Under the pieces are notes generated by a model. It ran no database searches, was not told the DNA's origin, and saw nothing but the letters and a program-made list of their open reading frames with translations. The position numbers and the translations under genes are program-made. A DNA stretch of 64,000 nt from Chara braunii (lineage: Eukaryota; Plantae; Charophyceae). Numbering within the stretch: the first letter of the stretch is position 1; the number at the start of each line of letters is the position of its first letter. The DNA is taken from contig BFEA01000027.1 in the NCBI GenBank assembly GCA_003427395.1, positions 1,767,086 to 1,831,085 on the forward strand, in the 5' to 3' direction. Shown in pieces: positions 12,771 through 25,644 of the stretch.

Positions 12771-13718
12771 ACAATTCTAGTCCCAGAAACAAAAGCATGC
12801 AAATTTTTGCTCTTCGCTGCTACCACCAGTAGGCCCAAAACTTTTTGGATCGGGTCTCCGAATGCGCCGCCGGATATCGCTTGTCGGGGACTGGTGGTTT
12901 AAAAGGAGCTTTGAGCCTTTTTTGAGGTTCAAAACTGTAACACTTCAAAGTTCGAACACTCACAACTATTTGCACTTTTAAACCGAACAAACTACGATTC
13001 GAGCTTTGAAGTGTTACGGTCGAAAACTATAAGCACAACTATTTCCCTCATCTCAGAACTTATCCCAAACGAACTACTGGTTGAAAACTATCTCCAATTG
13101 GATTGGATCCTTTTTTAAAAGGAAAAATAATTAACCAGTAAGTTCAGTAACCTTATTTCTTCCATCTGATTTTCACCAGGATTCGAGCTCATGATTTGTT
13201 TATCAACAGTTACATGTGTAATATTACTAAGATACCATTCAGCCACACGGGCTGGGTATCTCCAATTGGATCCTGAACAAGGATGTTTTACGCTTTCCAG
13301 GAAGAGGCTCCGATCTATGATGACGTTGAGAGGTGAGCTACCTGATTGTGTTCTCTCCAAGGGGAGAGGAAAGAAAAAAACATGCTCGCTTTCCTCTGGG
13401 CGGCATTAGCCTACTTCAGACAGTCTGGATAGCCATCCCGATCTTCAAAACACGGTATCATATACTGCCATCATACCTCTGGGAATAAATGTGAGCTTCT
13501 AATGGGTCGAGCTGCAATGGAGCATGACCTCTGCCTGGCAATGTGCAGGAACAAGGATTGAGCACAAGATTCACCCTTTTTTAAATGAATTAATTATATC
13601 ATCAGTCGCTTGTCAACGGCGCAAAAATATTTCCAAACTCACACAATGCCATGCAGAAAAACCATGAGGAAAATTCAGTCCAGCTTTGCTTTTGAAACGG
13701 ATGACTCGTTAAGCTTAC

Positions 13719-13932
13719 CTTCCCCAGTGCACACACGCCAATGCTGCGACAGCAAAGACAAGAAGGGGAACCCCTACTTTCAAAGGCTTCCTCATACCCT
13801 GTGCAGCCTTCTTCAACAACACCTGGATATGCTCTGGGCTCAAGTGAACAGGAGCAAGCATAAACACTGAAAATGCTCCGAAGTACAATATCTGCACCAA
13901 ATGGAGTGATACTTGATGTGCCTCCTTTGCCC
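13719..13932 (-). CDS. ALG10: ALG10 exon GAKEAHQVSLHLVQILYF...CVHWG
   Basis: GAKEAHxVSxHxxQxLYF plant ALG10 motif; tgcag| and |gtaagc; splices in frame to WNGGIVVG. Confidence 0.92.
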
Positions 13933-15904
13933 CTGCATCCACACACACAGACACAATCAGTTTCATGTATGCTTGTGCTTTCTCCTTTCGTATGCATTCT
14001 TCTAATTTGTACAAGTGCTTCTTGTGTGCCCAGCTAAGCACCTCTAAGTAGTGCCAACCAGTCGGTCAGTCCTCGTTTGAAGTGCCTGCAGCACTCTGCG
14101 TGGTTCGCCCGTGATGTGAGTAGGTGATGTGCCACTTTGCTCCGTGTTGGATGTGTAGACTGCCTTGCCTTGTCTGCGCTCCGCCGCTGCCTTGCTGCCC
14201 GTCCCGCTTGCTCCGTGTGTCGTTCGTTGTGGGCTGCCATGTTCCCTGTGTGGTGTGGCTGTGGTGCTGGTGTTGCTCTGTGCTTCGCTGCACTACTGCC
14301 TTTCTGCCCATTCCCGTGCCCCGCCTTTGCGTTTGCTGCTTGTCTGCCATGTAGTGTAGCTGCTGTGTTGATGTCGCCTTGTGCTCCGCTGCGCTGTTGC
14401 TGTGCTGCTCGTCCGCTTGCCCTGTCGTTCCTAGCAGGCATTGTGCAGTTGGGTGCTCCTGGACTGTTGCCTGTTGCTTCGTTGAGTTGCTGCCTGCTGC
14501 TATGTTTGCTTGTGGACAGTCTGCCTTCAACAACGGTCAAAGGGTTCATGACCCAAACCATCAATACGGGGATTCCACAGATTGTCGAGGGTGCAGCCTC
14601 CTGACGAGTCGGTGTAACTCTGACAAAACAGTATTTCATCCTCAGTTTTTTTTTTTTTTTTTTCCCTTCGGTTTTTCTGAAACGGTTTTCACCTTTTAGC
14701 AGTAGCGGATGCAGTACCCAGGGTTCGATCCCTAGACCTCACCCTACCCATGTACAGTATCTGTGTAGACCCCGGGAATTGAACCTGTGACCTGTGTATT
14801 CGTAGGCACTTGGTAGGCCTGTCGTAGGTCCATAGGCAGCAGGGGTTCGATCTGTAGGTCTATAGCGTAGGAGTCTTAGTGAGTTCCGGAAGCTTAGCTG
14901 TAGAACTTCTAGAAGGTAGGCAAGTGGGCAAGTGGGCAAGTGGTGAGGCAAGTGGTGGACTAAACCGCAGTGCAACAGCAGTACAACGTCGGTAGGATAG
15001 CGGTGAGTCCACAGTCAGTCAGCNGAAGGTCCAGTCAGTCCCAGTCCGGTCCAGCAAGTACCACAGGGGGACTGTGAGCACCAAGGGCCGATGGCAAAGG
15101 GCAGACCAACGAGTTTCTGAAGTATAAATCAAGAGGCAGCGCCCAGCCATTCATTCATTCCTGCGTGAGCCATGCGGAAGCGCTGCCACAGCGACTTGTG
15201 CAAGGAGGTCTGCAGATGAGCCAGGAGGACACAGTGTGCAAGAGAGGAGGAGTTAGCATAGCGATAGGTTAGAGGCAGCCATAGCTGCCATAGCTGTAGT
15301 TAGTAGTGAGTGTGTGTGTGTGCTCGAGTGTTAGAGTGATGCGTGTGGGATATCCAGGGTGATCCAGTGTATGTGAACAGTGAGATGTTTGGGCGCTGAA
15401 GTCGCCATAGCCAATTGAGAGTGAACTCGTATCTGAAAGCCATATCTCTGAGTTTTGAGTGGGCGCATGTCGCAAGTATACTGCGTTGCTGTTTACATGC
15501 ATGAAAAGTGTGTTTGAGAACGCGTCCGATTGCATTTCTGACTTTTTCACCATTTTTGTCATTTGTTGGGACTTGTATTTTTTTCCCCCCCTTTCTTGTT
15601 GGCTGTGGTTTGCCCGGTTGCCGTTTGGCTCGGTGTCTTTTCCTTTTTTGTTTTGTGTTGTTTGTCTTCTCCGTGCCTTGTGCACTAGTGTGATGTCTGG
15701 TGCTATGCGTGATGACCTTTCACGTCCAATCTCAGGACTACTTCAGTTTTACCTTTGAAGTGGTTTCGCTAGTGGTGTTCGTGATTATGATACATCGGAG
15801 ATATCTTATACATGTGTACACACACATCTCTACACACACACACACATGAGTGTCATTTTGTGAGATTACCTGGATCTTACATCATCGCTTTCCAACTCAA
15901 GTGT

Positions 15905-16200
15905 CCTTTTCCTGTAGGCTTGCTCAACCGTCTGTTCCTCAGTGTATCTGATGTTTTCCGTCAACTTTCTAAGGTTTTTCCCATACATTAGTGCAAACTC
16001 GCGTGTTCCAGCTGGCCAGGTGGCAATATCTGAATCTGATTCGGATTGAGAAAATATATAGGTGTACGTGCTTTCCAACGATTACGCAATTTGCTTGGGG
16101 CTTTGCCAATTGTTAGAGGCATTGAGTTATTATAAGCACTAGCTACCTTGGGTAGTACTTCGTCCCAGTCCAGCTGATCTGATGTACACCTCAATGTCTG
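15905..16200 (-). pseudogene. Ty3/gypsy integrase C-terminal fragment
   Basis: WDEVLPKVASAYNNS..TIGKAP and ..EQAYRKR resemble the IN core end of the intact element. Confidence 0.7.
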
Positions 16201-16261
<61 letters not shown>

Positions 16262-17083
16262 TGAATGTTCTCTGCCCTCTCGCACTCTCTCCTTCCAGCT
16301 ACCGTGCCCGGCGTCATTGACTACTACTACCCTCACGGTCTTCCTTCTCTTTTGTTTTTCTTCACATAGAAGCTGCAGCCATTCACCCACGGTCCTAGAC
16401 ACCTATCAAGGGGTGGGGGTGGGGGGAGGTTGATATGGGCGGGGTGAGGCTCCACTCCACTTCCTTCTCACTCGTGGACAAGTCGGACAATAATGCTGCA
16501 GCATTTCCGCAGCATCATGAATGGCCAAAAGCGGTGACTCTGCCTGCAACTTGAGCTTTGTACTTGCTGCAGCTCTAAAATTGGGCTTGTGACATTGGCC
16601 TTGGCAGCCCTGGCCGCAGTCGGCAATGATTTGGGTTATCATACGACTTTCCTTGGACTGATCTGCGACTGACCCGTGGATTGACGCCTGTAAAGTACCT
16701 AACTGACTGATTCTACTAACCCCTACAGACATCTACAGGCCCTATGTCGCATACCAAGATGGTACAGACCAGAACCAAGAACCGACCTCTCACAGATAGA
16801 GCAAGATAGCACAGCGGAAGACTAGAATACAAATGATCAGACCCAATCAATGTCGAAATGTAGACTGGACATACATCATCATCATCACACGGTGTGAATG
16901 GCCTGTCGCCGCACACCAAGACGAAGGTGCCAGGCCTAACTCATACACAGATGAGGAGGAGGGGGAAGAGACGAAGAAGGAGGAAGAGATGAGAATGTCG
17001 TCAATCCAAATGTCGCTGATATCAATCCCAAGTAGTCCCCCCAATGTCTCTGTCCAATGTCGAGTCTAAATCCCAAGTGTCAT

Positions 17084-17165
<82 letters not shown>

Positions 17166-18466
17166 ACCAGGTACTGACCTGCGAAAGGTGGTGCCTTGAT
17201 GCAGGTGCGGACGTGCTGAAGACGAAGCTGGAGCAATGGCCACGCAGGTAAGTCTCAGGTAAGCCCTCTGGCCGCCATCACCATATCTCCCTCCCTGTGC
17301 TACTCTACTCCATCAGCGCCCAGCGCTGGAAGACTAGTCTTATCGTCGACTACTACTGCACTGCCGTCGTCCAAAGTATGCCTCACCTCGATCCTCTACT
17401 GAATGCCGTGACTGAGGCCGGACCCAGCTATATATAGTGCTGGGTCGGCCTCAGCTGCTGAATCCTGGCGCTCAAACTGAGGCTGGGCCTCAAAAGTTTG
17501 GCGCCCAAACTGAGGCTGGGCCTCCAGCGCCTACTGAAACCGCGCGGTCTCAAAATCAGGGTTTGGCGCCAAAACGTGCGCCAGGGCCTGTAGCCGAAAC
17601 GAGGCCTACTGGGCCTCTAACTGGTACCGGTCCTACTCTGGCCTAAAACCCGGCCCACCAACCCTGCGGACCCTACTGAGGGTCGGAACGACACAGACCC
17701 TACACTCTACGGACCCCTAGAATACCTGGTCGGGCCCAGCTGGGCCCGTGTGGAACTGAGTATGCCACACCCTACCTACCGGTTTCTGGGCGATACCAAC
17801 CACAATGTTCTTTCACAACCTATGGAACAGGCCTACGGTACAGGGAGAAATTAGGACATGGTACTGGGACTGGGTTCCAAGACCCATGAGTCGTTTCACT
17901 TTAATGTTTGCTCAACTTTCTGCACGCTTAGCTACTGTCTTCAACCGGATATAACGCCCGGTCATTATAGCGGTATTTGGCACAACTTTCGGGGGGCTTT
18001 CTATTCGGGTGAAGATGGTAGTGGACACTGTCCTCATCTTTCCCCATGTGTTGAATAGTCTGTTACCCCTCACAGCTGATATGGGCAAAAGGAAGGACGG
18101 CAACACATAGAATTAGGCAAATTGTACAGAGTGTATCATATCTGACAACAGCCAATGAATAGGGACAATGATACACAGGATTACATAAACGCTTAGAGTA
18201 TATCATATGATTGAATGCACGTCTGAATGGGCAAAGAACAGTCCCAGCCACACATTGATAGCATTTTCATGACGGGACAAAGAAACAAGCGACATTTGAA
18301 AACAATTTCCAAAATTGAAGCGACATTTGAAAACAATTTCCAAACTTGAGGCGACATTTGAAAACAATTTCCAAAATTGAAGCAACATTTGAAGATGCAT
18401 TTGAATAGCAGCAGGCGTTGACTGAGGACATGCTTCAATACCACTTAGGACGTTCAAAATGCTCAC

Positions 18467-18604
18467 CGACAACAATGCCACCATTCCAAATGAAGAACGC
18501 AGCACAACCCATCAGCACCACCAGAAGAGGGGCAATACTCCATAGCACCTCACCCAACCGATTCCACGTGTCCGCAACAAGCATTGCAAGCGCCTTAATG
18601 ATGT
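18467..18604 (-). CDS. ALG10: ALG10 exon DIIKAL...FFIWNGGIVVG
   Basis: WNGGIVxG motif; tgcag| acceptor and |gtgagc donor; phase 1-1. Confidence 0.9.
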
Positions 18605-19423
18605 CTGCATGGACATACCAAACCAGCAAATGCCGCATCGAATCAACTGCAGTGATTTTTGAAGTATTCTTTTCCCCAGGAAGATTAGCACTCAATATAC
18701 ATCCCCGACTTTTGCAGAACTTTTTGTCAAAACTTCTGAGCTCAAAATCGTGTCAAAGCTGCCGCCCTTCAGCCGGTAGGCCGACCCATCCAGTGGCTGG
18801 CACCATGCCTTACATGACTTTAGGACTGCATCGACAGCAGTGGTGCTTTAAACCACCAGTGCATTTCGTGTTCCGCATTTCTCTGACGCCACACGCCATG
18901 TGCCACATGCCGCGTCCTTCAGGATGTACTGACCTGCCAATCAGCGCATTATTCATTCAGGAAAAAACAGGGCCGTGCATGCAACAGTTTTGCCTGGATG
19001 TATTTTCCAACACACGGGGGGAGTCCCGTACATCCCGAAGAACGTGGCACGTGCACGGCTACGTCTCAAAATTTGCCCATGAAAACTCTGGTGGTCTGAG
19101 GACTGCATCAGCATGCCTTGTGCAGTGGATACCGACATCAAATGACACTCCAAAAGTTCCAAAACTATATGTTTACTCTCTTGTGCCTGCAAAGAACATG
19201 AGCGGAGAACTTCAATAACCCTCCTCAGCACCACGTGTGACTCAGAAAATAAACAGCGCAGAGACAGAGCAGGCGCAGGATTGCATCTTATATTGCAAAT
19301 GAAAGGCAATGCCAGTTGGCAAAAAAAAGGAATACTATTTTCCGGTTGAGGCTCATGCGTTGGTCGAGACACAACGATGTCGTCTCCGTTACCACTAGAG
19401 GCAGATGCCTTTCTTCCTTTTTA

Positions 19424-19460
<37 letters not shown>

Positions 19461-20728
19461 TAAGTTTTATCTAAGGCTTACCAAGCGCAGCAAGTTACCA
19501 GCAAAGACCACAGATCAGATATTAAACTGATTGGAACCGATACTACACTTGATCTATTTTTAGCCAAAAGGTCGAGAAAGGTATTTCTGCCGACAAACTC
19601 ACTTTCTGGCAACCTTTGAAATCCCGACAAACTCACTTTCTTTGAGTTCCGTGTCCAGCAATTAGTAGGCACCTATCTTACAAGGCTGTCCCTGCTGGAC
19701 TGTCCACCCAGACTGTCAAGCCCAGACAGCTCTGCATGCACTTGACCGGAAAGCTGGGACTAGTGGGAACAGGCTGAGGGAGACATCTTTTCAGTCTAAA
19801 TGGCGCCTAAATCTGAGTGTGCGGGGTTCAATGGGGGCCAAAGGGGTATAAAGGGACGTTAAAAGAGGTTAACGACTTTACAGGAGTGCATTAGACGTTA
19901 AAAGAGGTTAACGACTTTACAGGAGTGCATTACCATGCATGAATTTTTTTTCTTTCACAGAAAAAAAAAAGAAGTGGATGTTCATAAGGAGTTTTGAGGT
20001 GACACTCACCCAAACTTTTTTCTTTTTTTTATCTATTTTTTCATCAAATTGACCCAGTAAGGGACAACAATTTCTAATTAGGACCGTGCATAGGCGGTGT
20101 GGACCATCTGTTCCTAACTTCCCAGCATTCCCGCCCATCACACTCTTTGTGCATATGGCTTTTTAGAAAGATACGCTTGTCAGTTGCTCTCAGATTCAAA
20201 TCAGATAAGACGCCCTTTCGTTTTCTGATTGCAGTCAGCAGGAGGGGACGGACGCTGGGCCCGCTTCGCAGCCTTATAGCACGCTTCCATTTTCAGTCAC
20301 CTTTTAGATGTTTCCCTGCAATCGATGGGATGCTGGACCCGGTTTCCAGCTTCATAGCATCATTTTCCCCTCTTTGATCACCATGCACTACCGTCTTCCC
20401 CCGAACACAACGCACCCTCATTTTGGCTGTACCATGACCGGAAAGACAGCTCATGTACATTCGTTACCAGGGTGCGTTGTGTTTGGGGGAAGATGGTAGG
20501 TTAAAGCGATTGTAAAGTACGCCTGCATGTGTGAGTCTCTCATTGTTAGAATCATTAGAGTTGGCTGTTTTCTCTGCTGCTCTTCCTGTCATCTCTACAC
20601 CCCGGCGACCCCCCTTCTGAACCTGGCCGAGGATGCCTCGTTCACTACGTGGACCACACAACATTTGTGAGGGACGCCAAAACATTTCCTGGCTTGTATG
20701 ATAAAAAAGAGGAAAGCGATTCCCATGC

Positions 20729-20782
<54 letters not shown>

Positions 20783-21119
20783 CTTGTTATCGTTGCAATT
20801 CCACAAAAAGTGTTTCAAGTTTCAAGTTTTTTTGACATTTTAAAATGATGTCCCCCTTTTTTTTGCTTCCTGAAAAGAACTGAAAATTTGAATTTATGCG
20901 CACCCCGACATCTGGGTTGTCGGACAGAGTGTCCAGTCTAGATGTGTGAATGGATTTGGATCCAGACAAGTCACAGCCTGCTCGGCGTCTGACCTCGTAA
21001 CAAGGGTGGGTATCTGATTGGCATCATCCCCCTCTAAGACTTGAACGACATTAAATTCTTAAACCTTACACCTAATCGAGCAAAACCGTCAGGCTTAGGA
21101 CATAAAGAAGGACACTAAC

Positions 21120-21432
21120 CTGGCTCCTCTCGGCGCTGTTTCCACTTCATCTCGCTGTCTGGTCGCTCTTCTTGTGGTGACCTTATGTCTTTTGCATCTT
21201 CACCGACCCGCTTGCGAAGATTTCCTTTGTCATCAGCAGACAGCACTTCCGTCGACCGCACATCATCTGCAATCTTCTTACCCTCTGTCAAGGGTTCTTT
21301 TGCTCCTCTCTCCTCCTGCCCTCTCAACCATTGATTTGGCGGCTGACTGAGCAAGGAGATCACTGCTACACAGACAGTGAACACTACCCAGACAGCGTTC
21401 GTTTGACGGATGAGAATCGCCTCCACAGCAAA
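21120..21432 (-). CDS. ALG10: ALG10 exon FAVEAILIRQTNAVWVVF...EEP
   Basis: RQTNxxW ALG10 motif; tttgcag| acceptor and |gttagt donor; its phase-1 end joins the next exon in frame. Confidence 0.9.
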
Positions 21433-21728
21433 CTGCAAATGCATATCCCATTCAGTCAAAGGCCAGAAGAACCAAGCTTACCACCAATTCCAGCAACATG
21501 TATGGGTAATATGTACTAATACCCAATACCGGCGATACGTGACTCCACTATCCGAAAAGAGAAACTTTAACCAACCTGAAAAACTGCGAGCTTTGAGTTT
21601 CAAGACAACTCGTTTCCATTTTTTTTTTCCTGTTAAGAAACGATGGCATGCACAAACCGAGAAACGGTCCAAATTAAACCGAGAGATGAGGGGCGTTGTT
21701 CCGCTGAACAGGGATAGGTTCGGAGTGC

Positions 21729-21818
<90 letters not shown>

Positions 21819-22653
21819 NNNNNNNNNNNNNNNNNNNNNNNNNNNNNNNNNNNNNNNNNNNNNNNNNNNNNNNNNNNNNNNNNNNNNNNNNNNNNNNNNN
21901 NNNNNNNNNNNNNNNNNNNNNNNNNNNNNNNNNNNNNNNNNNNNNNNNNNNNNNNNNNNNNNNNNNNNNNNNNNNNNNNNNNNNNNNNNNNNNNNNNNNN
22001 NNNNNNNNNNNNNNNNNNNNNNNNNNNNNNNNNNNNNNNNNNNNNNNNNNNNNNNNNNNNNNNNNNNNNNNNNNNNNNNNNNNNNNNNNNNNNNNNNNNN
22101 NNNNNNNNNNNNNNNNNNNNNNNNNNNNNNNNNNNNNNNNNNNNNNNNNNNNNNNNNNNNNNNNNNNNNNNNNNNNNNNNNNNNNNNNNNNNNNNNNNNN
22201 NNNNNNNNNNNNNNNNNNNNNNNNNNNNNNNNNNNNNNNNNNNNNNNNNNNNNNNNNNNNNNNNNNNNNNNNNNNNNNNNNNNNNNNNNNNNNNNNNNNN
22301 NNNNNNNNNNNNNNNNNNNNNNNNNNNNNNNNNNNNNNNNNNNNNNNNNNNNNNNNNNNNNNNNNNNNNNNNNNNNNNNNNNNNNNNNNNNNNNNNNNNN
22401 NNNNNNNNNNNNNNNNNNNNNNNNNNNNNNNNNNNNNNNNNNNNNNNNNNNNNNNNNNNNNNNNNNNNNNNNNNNNNNNNNNNNNNNNNNNNNNNNNNNN
22501 NNNNNNNNNNNNNNNNNNNNNNNNNNNNNNNNNNNNNNNNNNNNNNNNNNNNNNNNNNNNNNNNNNNNNNNNNNNNNNNNNNNNNNNNNNNNNNNNNNNN
22601 NNNNNNNNNNNNNNNNNNNNNNNNNNNNNNNNNNNNNNNNNNNNNNNNNNNNN

Positions 22654-22738
<85 letters not shown>

Positions 22739-23139
22739 CACTCTCCCAGTGATCCACCCTTACCTCCCTTTCACCCTCTTTCTCACTCTCTCGCCCTATT
22801 GCCTCTCTTTCCCACTCACTCACTCACTCTCACTGTCTCACACTTCCATGTCCAACCTTGCACTCGAGGAGTTAGGACTGCAAGCTTTTGGATTTCTGGT
22901 AGCTTCACCGAACAAGAAGCATTCTCATACCATATTATGTAGAACGCGCTGACAGACTCGCCAGATACCATACCATGTTTTCCCAGGCAAGGGGTATTAT
23001 ACGTGGGGCTGGAAATGGGAGATTTTGAAGCACTCAGGTGACAAAAGCAGCTTTTCTGGAGACAATTCTGATGAGAGCAGTGACTGTTGCATCGCGCTCA
23101 ACGTCAATAGAAGGAGCTACTTGTATCAGCAAGAGGCGC

Positions 23140-23750
23140 TGACCTTGAGGTAGTGGTGCCAACCTTGAGTTAGTGGTACCGATCTTAAAGCACCAGTACA
23201 TGCCAGCTATCGGTCGCCGCAGGCCCCTTTTGGAGGCCGGACACTGCTAATTCATTTTATCTACGGCGGTCGGCCTCCTAAATTTCGGGGAGGCTCAAAA
23301 CGGGTTCGGAGAGGCCATGTACTGGTGGTTTAAGGTCACAGCCATCAACTGATACACATGCTATAAGTTAGTGGTACTAACCTTGAGTCAGCGACGTCAA
23401 ACTTTAGTTAGCAGCCACTGACTAATACAAGCCCTATTAGGTAGTGGCACCGACCTGGACTTTGCAGCCACTGACTGATAAATATGCCATCATTCATTTG
23501 TGCCAATCCCGAGTCAATTCCAGTGTTATTCCGCAGACCTTGAGGTAGTGGTACTAACCCTGAGTTAGCAGTCGCTGACTGATACAAGTCCTATTACTGA
23601 GTGGTACTGACTTTAAGTCAGTGACAACAACCTTGAGTTAGTCGTACCGACCTTGAGTAAGTCTTACCGACCTGTAGCTAGTGGTACCAACCTTCAATTA
23701 AAGCCACCACTAACTGATACAAGGGCTAGCACAACTTAGCAGTACTGACG
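23140..23750. repeat. Degenerate ~21-bp tandem repeat (ACCTTGAGTTAGTGGTAC)
   Basis: More than 10 diverged units. Confidence 0.7.
23185..23333. mobile_element. TTAA-flanked MITE (ACCACCAGTAC TIR family)
   Basis: TTAAAGCACCAGTAC...GTACTGGTGGTTTAA. Confidence 0.75.
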
Positions 23751-23873
23751 TCAAGCACATTGGGATTCTCAGCGAAAGACATGGACAGCATGCACATGAT
23801 TTGGATGCTGGTTACATCAAGCAGTCACTCTTGGTTTGATGGAGCTCGGAATACAAGTCAGCCAAGGGTGGTG

Positions 23874-23960
23874 GTCCTTCGCGACATCTGCCAAAATCGG
23901 AACAAAGAATGCAGAGAAGATTAGCATGATGGCCCCTGTGCACGGGTGATACAATTGAAA
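23874..23960 (+). pseudogene. U6: Degenerate U6 snRNA copy
   Basis: CAGAGAAGATTAGCATG..GGCCCCTG core followed by a poly(A) run. Confidence 0.8.
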
Positions 23961-24124
23961 GCAGAAAAAAAAAAAAAAAAAAAAAGTCTGCCAAGAATGT
24001 TACTGAACAGCGAACAGTGAATAGTGACCACTCTTTTGCTCTAGAGATCCTCCAACGCGGAAACATGAAAAGAAGTTCAAAAAAGCTGTTTCACTTTTCT
24101 TTCTCAATAAATAATTTGGGATTA

Positions 24125-24224
24125 TTTGGACCATTTCTCGATTCATGTGTGTCATCCTTGTGCAGGGGCCATGCTAATCCTCTCTCTCTGTGTCATTCCA
24201 ATATTAACGGATGTCCCGAAGGAC
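24125..24224 (-). pseudogene. U6: Near full-length U6 snRNA copy
   Basis: Reverse complement reads GTCCTTCGGGACATCCG...GATTAGCATGGCCCCTGCACAAGGATGACAC...GAGAAATGGTCCAAA. Confidence 0.9.
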
Positions 24225-24231
24225 TGCTTTA

Positions 24232-25603
24232 TGTTACGATCCTGGCCACTTTTGAAGTCCACAATCATCAGAAAGTACAATGTTGTCCAATTGCGAAAAG
24301 AAATGAATGAACTTGAGCCCAATGNCGTCCAATTGCAAAAGAAATGAAAGAACTTGAGAGGAGAGAGAGGGAAANAAGAAGAAGAAGAATTAAGAAAGAA
24401 GAAAGAGATGATGTACTCCAGCATAGACCAAAGACAAAGCTCTTCTTCTTCGCTCAACAACCTCCTCCTCTTTATCTCCTCCTCTCTTATTCAACAATAA
24501 ATAAACAATAATAATGTTGAACAGCTGAACCAGAATCAATGTCCGAATCCCACTTCTACTGCAGGCACAAGATGAGGTCCACCATAGCCATGGCAGCCCT
24601 TCTTCTTCCTCCACATACAGGCCGAGGCTATGGCGGACAACTGAGGCCTCAGCCTCCGGTACNAAAGACAACCCCAAGCAGCTACACCGCTGCCCTTCTT
24701 CAAGCTCATCACCCAGCAGCTATACCGCTGCCCACTCAACCGCCATGCCTGACTCTGTCCGAGCTTCCTTGATGCGGCACTACCCCCACTGGGGCCTTCC
24801 TGATGCAGCGCCTAGCAAGGAGATAAAGATGGTGTCTACCATAGCCAGTAAGTACCTCGCCACTCTCCTCCTTGGTCCCCTTCTCCCTCCTCCTCCTACC
24901 GGTAGAGCTCCACCATAGCCAAGGTGGAAGCTCCCGGCTTCTTCCTCCCAGCAGCGCTGTAGTGCCCAGCGCTACACCACCTAGCGCTCCAGCAGCGTGA
25001 CGCCCAACTCGCACACTGAAGAATGAGGCGGAGCTCTAGCCTCCGCCTCTAGATATAGCGGCCTGCTTGCCTCTTGGGCGGTGACTTCCAGGCCGCTCGG
25101 CCTCTCCAAGCAACCGGTACTTCCTCCGTTTCGGAGGGAAACATCATTGCAGACCCTGATATTACCCGTACAGGCTCTAGACTCAGACTGGTTGGACTGG
25201 TACCGGCCTAGACCTACCCTACCGCTACTGGACTCTAAAAATGCCAACTGCAGTGGGGTGCAGTATCGGCCTACCGGCCTACTTGAGTGTTTTTCCCCTA
25301 CCCCAAGGGCCTCAGGGCCGCTAGCTCCGCCACTTCAGTGTTTTTCCCTGCTACAACCCTCAATGCCACGGCCACAGGTAAGTACCGCCCCTACGGGCCT
25401 ACCAAACAAGCAATTACCCTTGCGGGTCACACACGCACTCATACCGACAAGCACTCAGACAGGCATGCAGGTCACAAGCACACACCCAGAGACAGACTTA
25501 GAAAACACAGCAGAATGCGGGAATCTCATCAAGGCATCCATTCCATCGGCAGAACTTCAGAAATCAGCAGTGTTCTCAGTCTGTGTTTTGACGGGTCATT
25601 ACA
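24232..25603 (-). repeat. 3' LTR of the chromovirus
   Basis: TGTTACGATCC...GGTCATTACA; near-identical to 32100-33580 outside the gap. Confidence 0.95.
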
Positions 25604-25617
25604 CTACCCCCCCCTCA
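25604..25617 (-). promoter_or_regulatory. Polypurine tract
   Basis: G-rich purine tract (GAG8TAG on minus) immediately before the 3' LTR. Confidence 0.9.
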
Positions 25618-25644
25618 AGAGCGAGGTCCCTTCGAGCGAGTAAC

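Noticed and set aside
16410-17800. PPT-like G-run followed by TG and an LTR-like stretch; similar LTR-like stretches at 14700-15760 and 36640-37140
   Set aside because: No partner LTR, TSD or clear CA terminus could be fixed by eye.
21478-21600. YRRYWVL segment as the missing ALG10 exon
   Set aside because: Lacks FLYYTD, and the implied intron would be only about 48 nt.
21410-22942. 510-aa ORF and other ORFs spanning the N-gaps (also 32.1-33.2 kb and 55.8-57.0 kb)
   Set aside because: Artefacts of N runs and (CT)n/(GA)n microsatellites.
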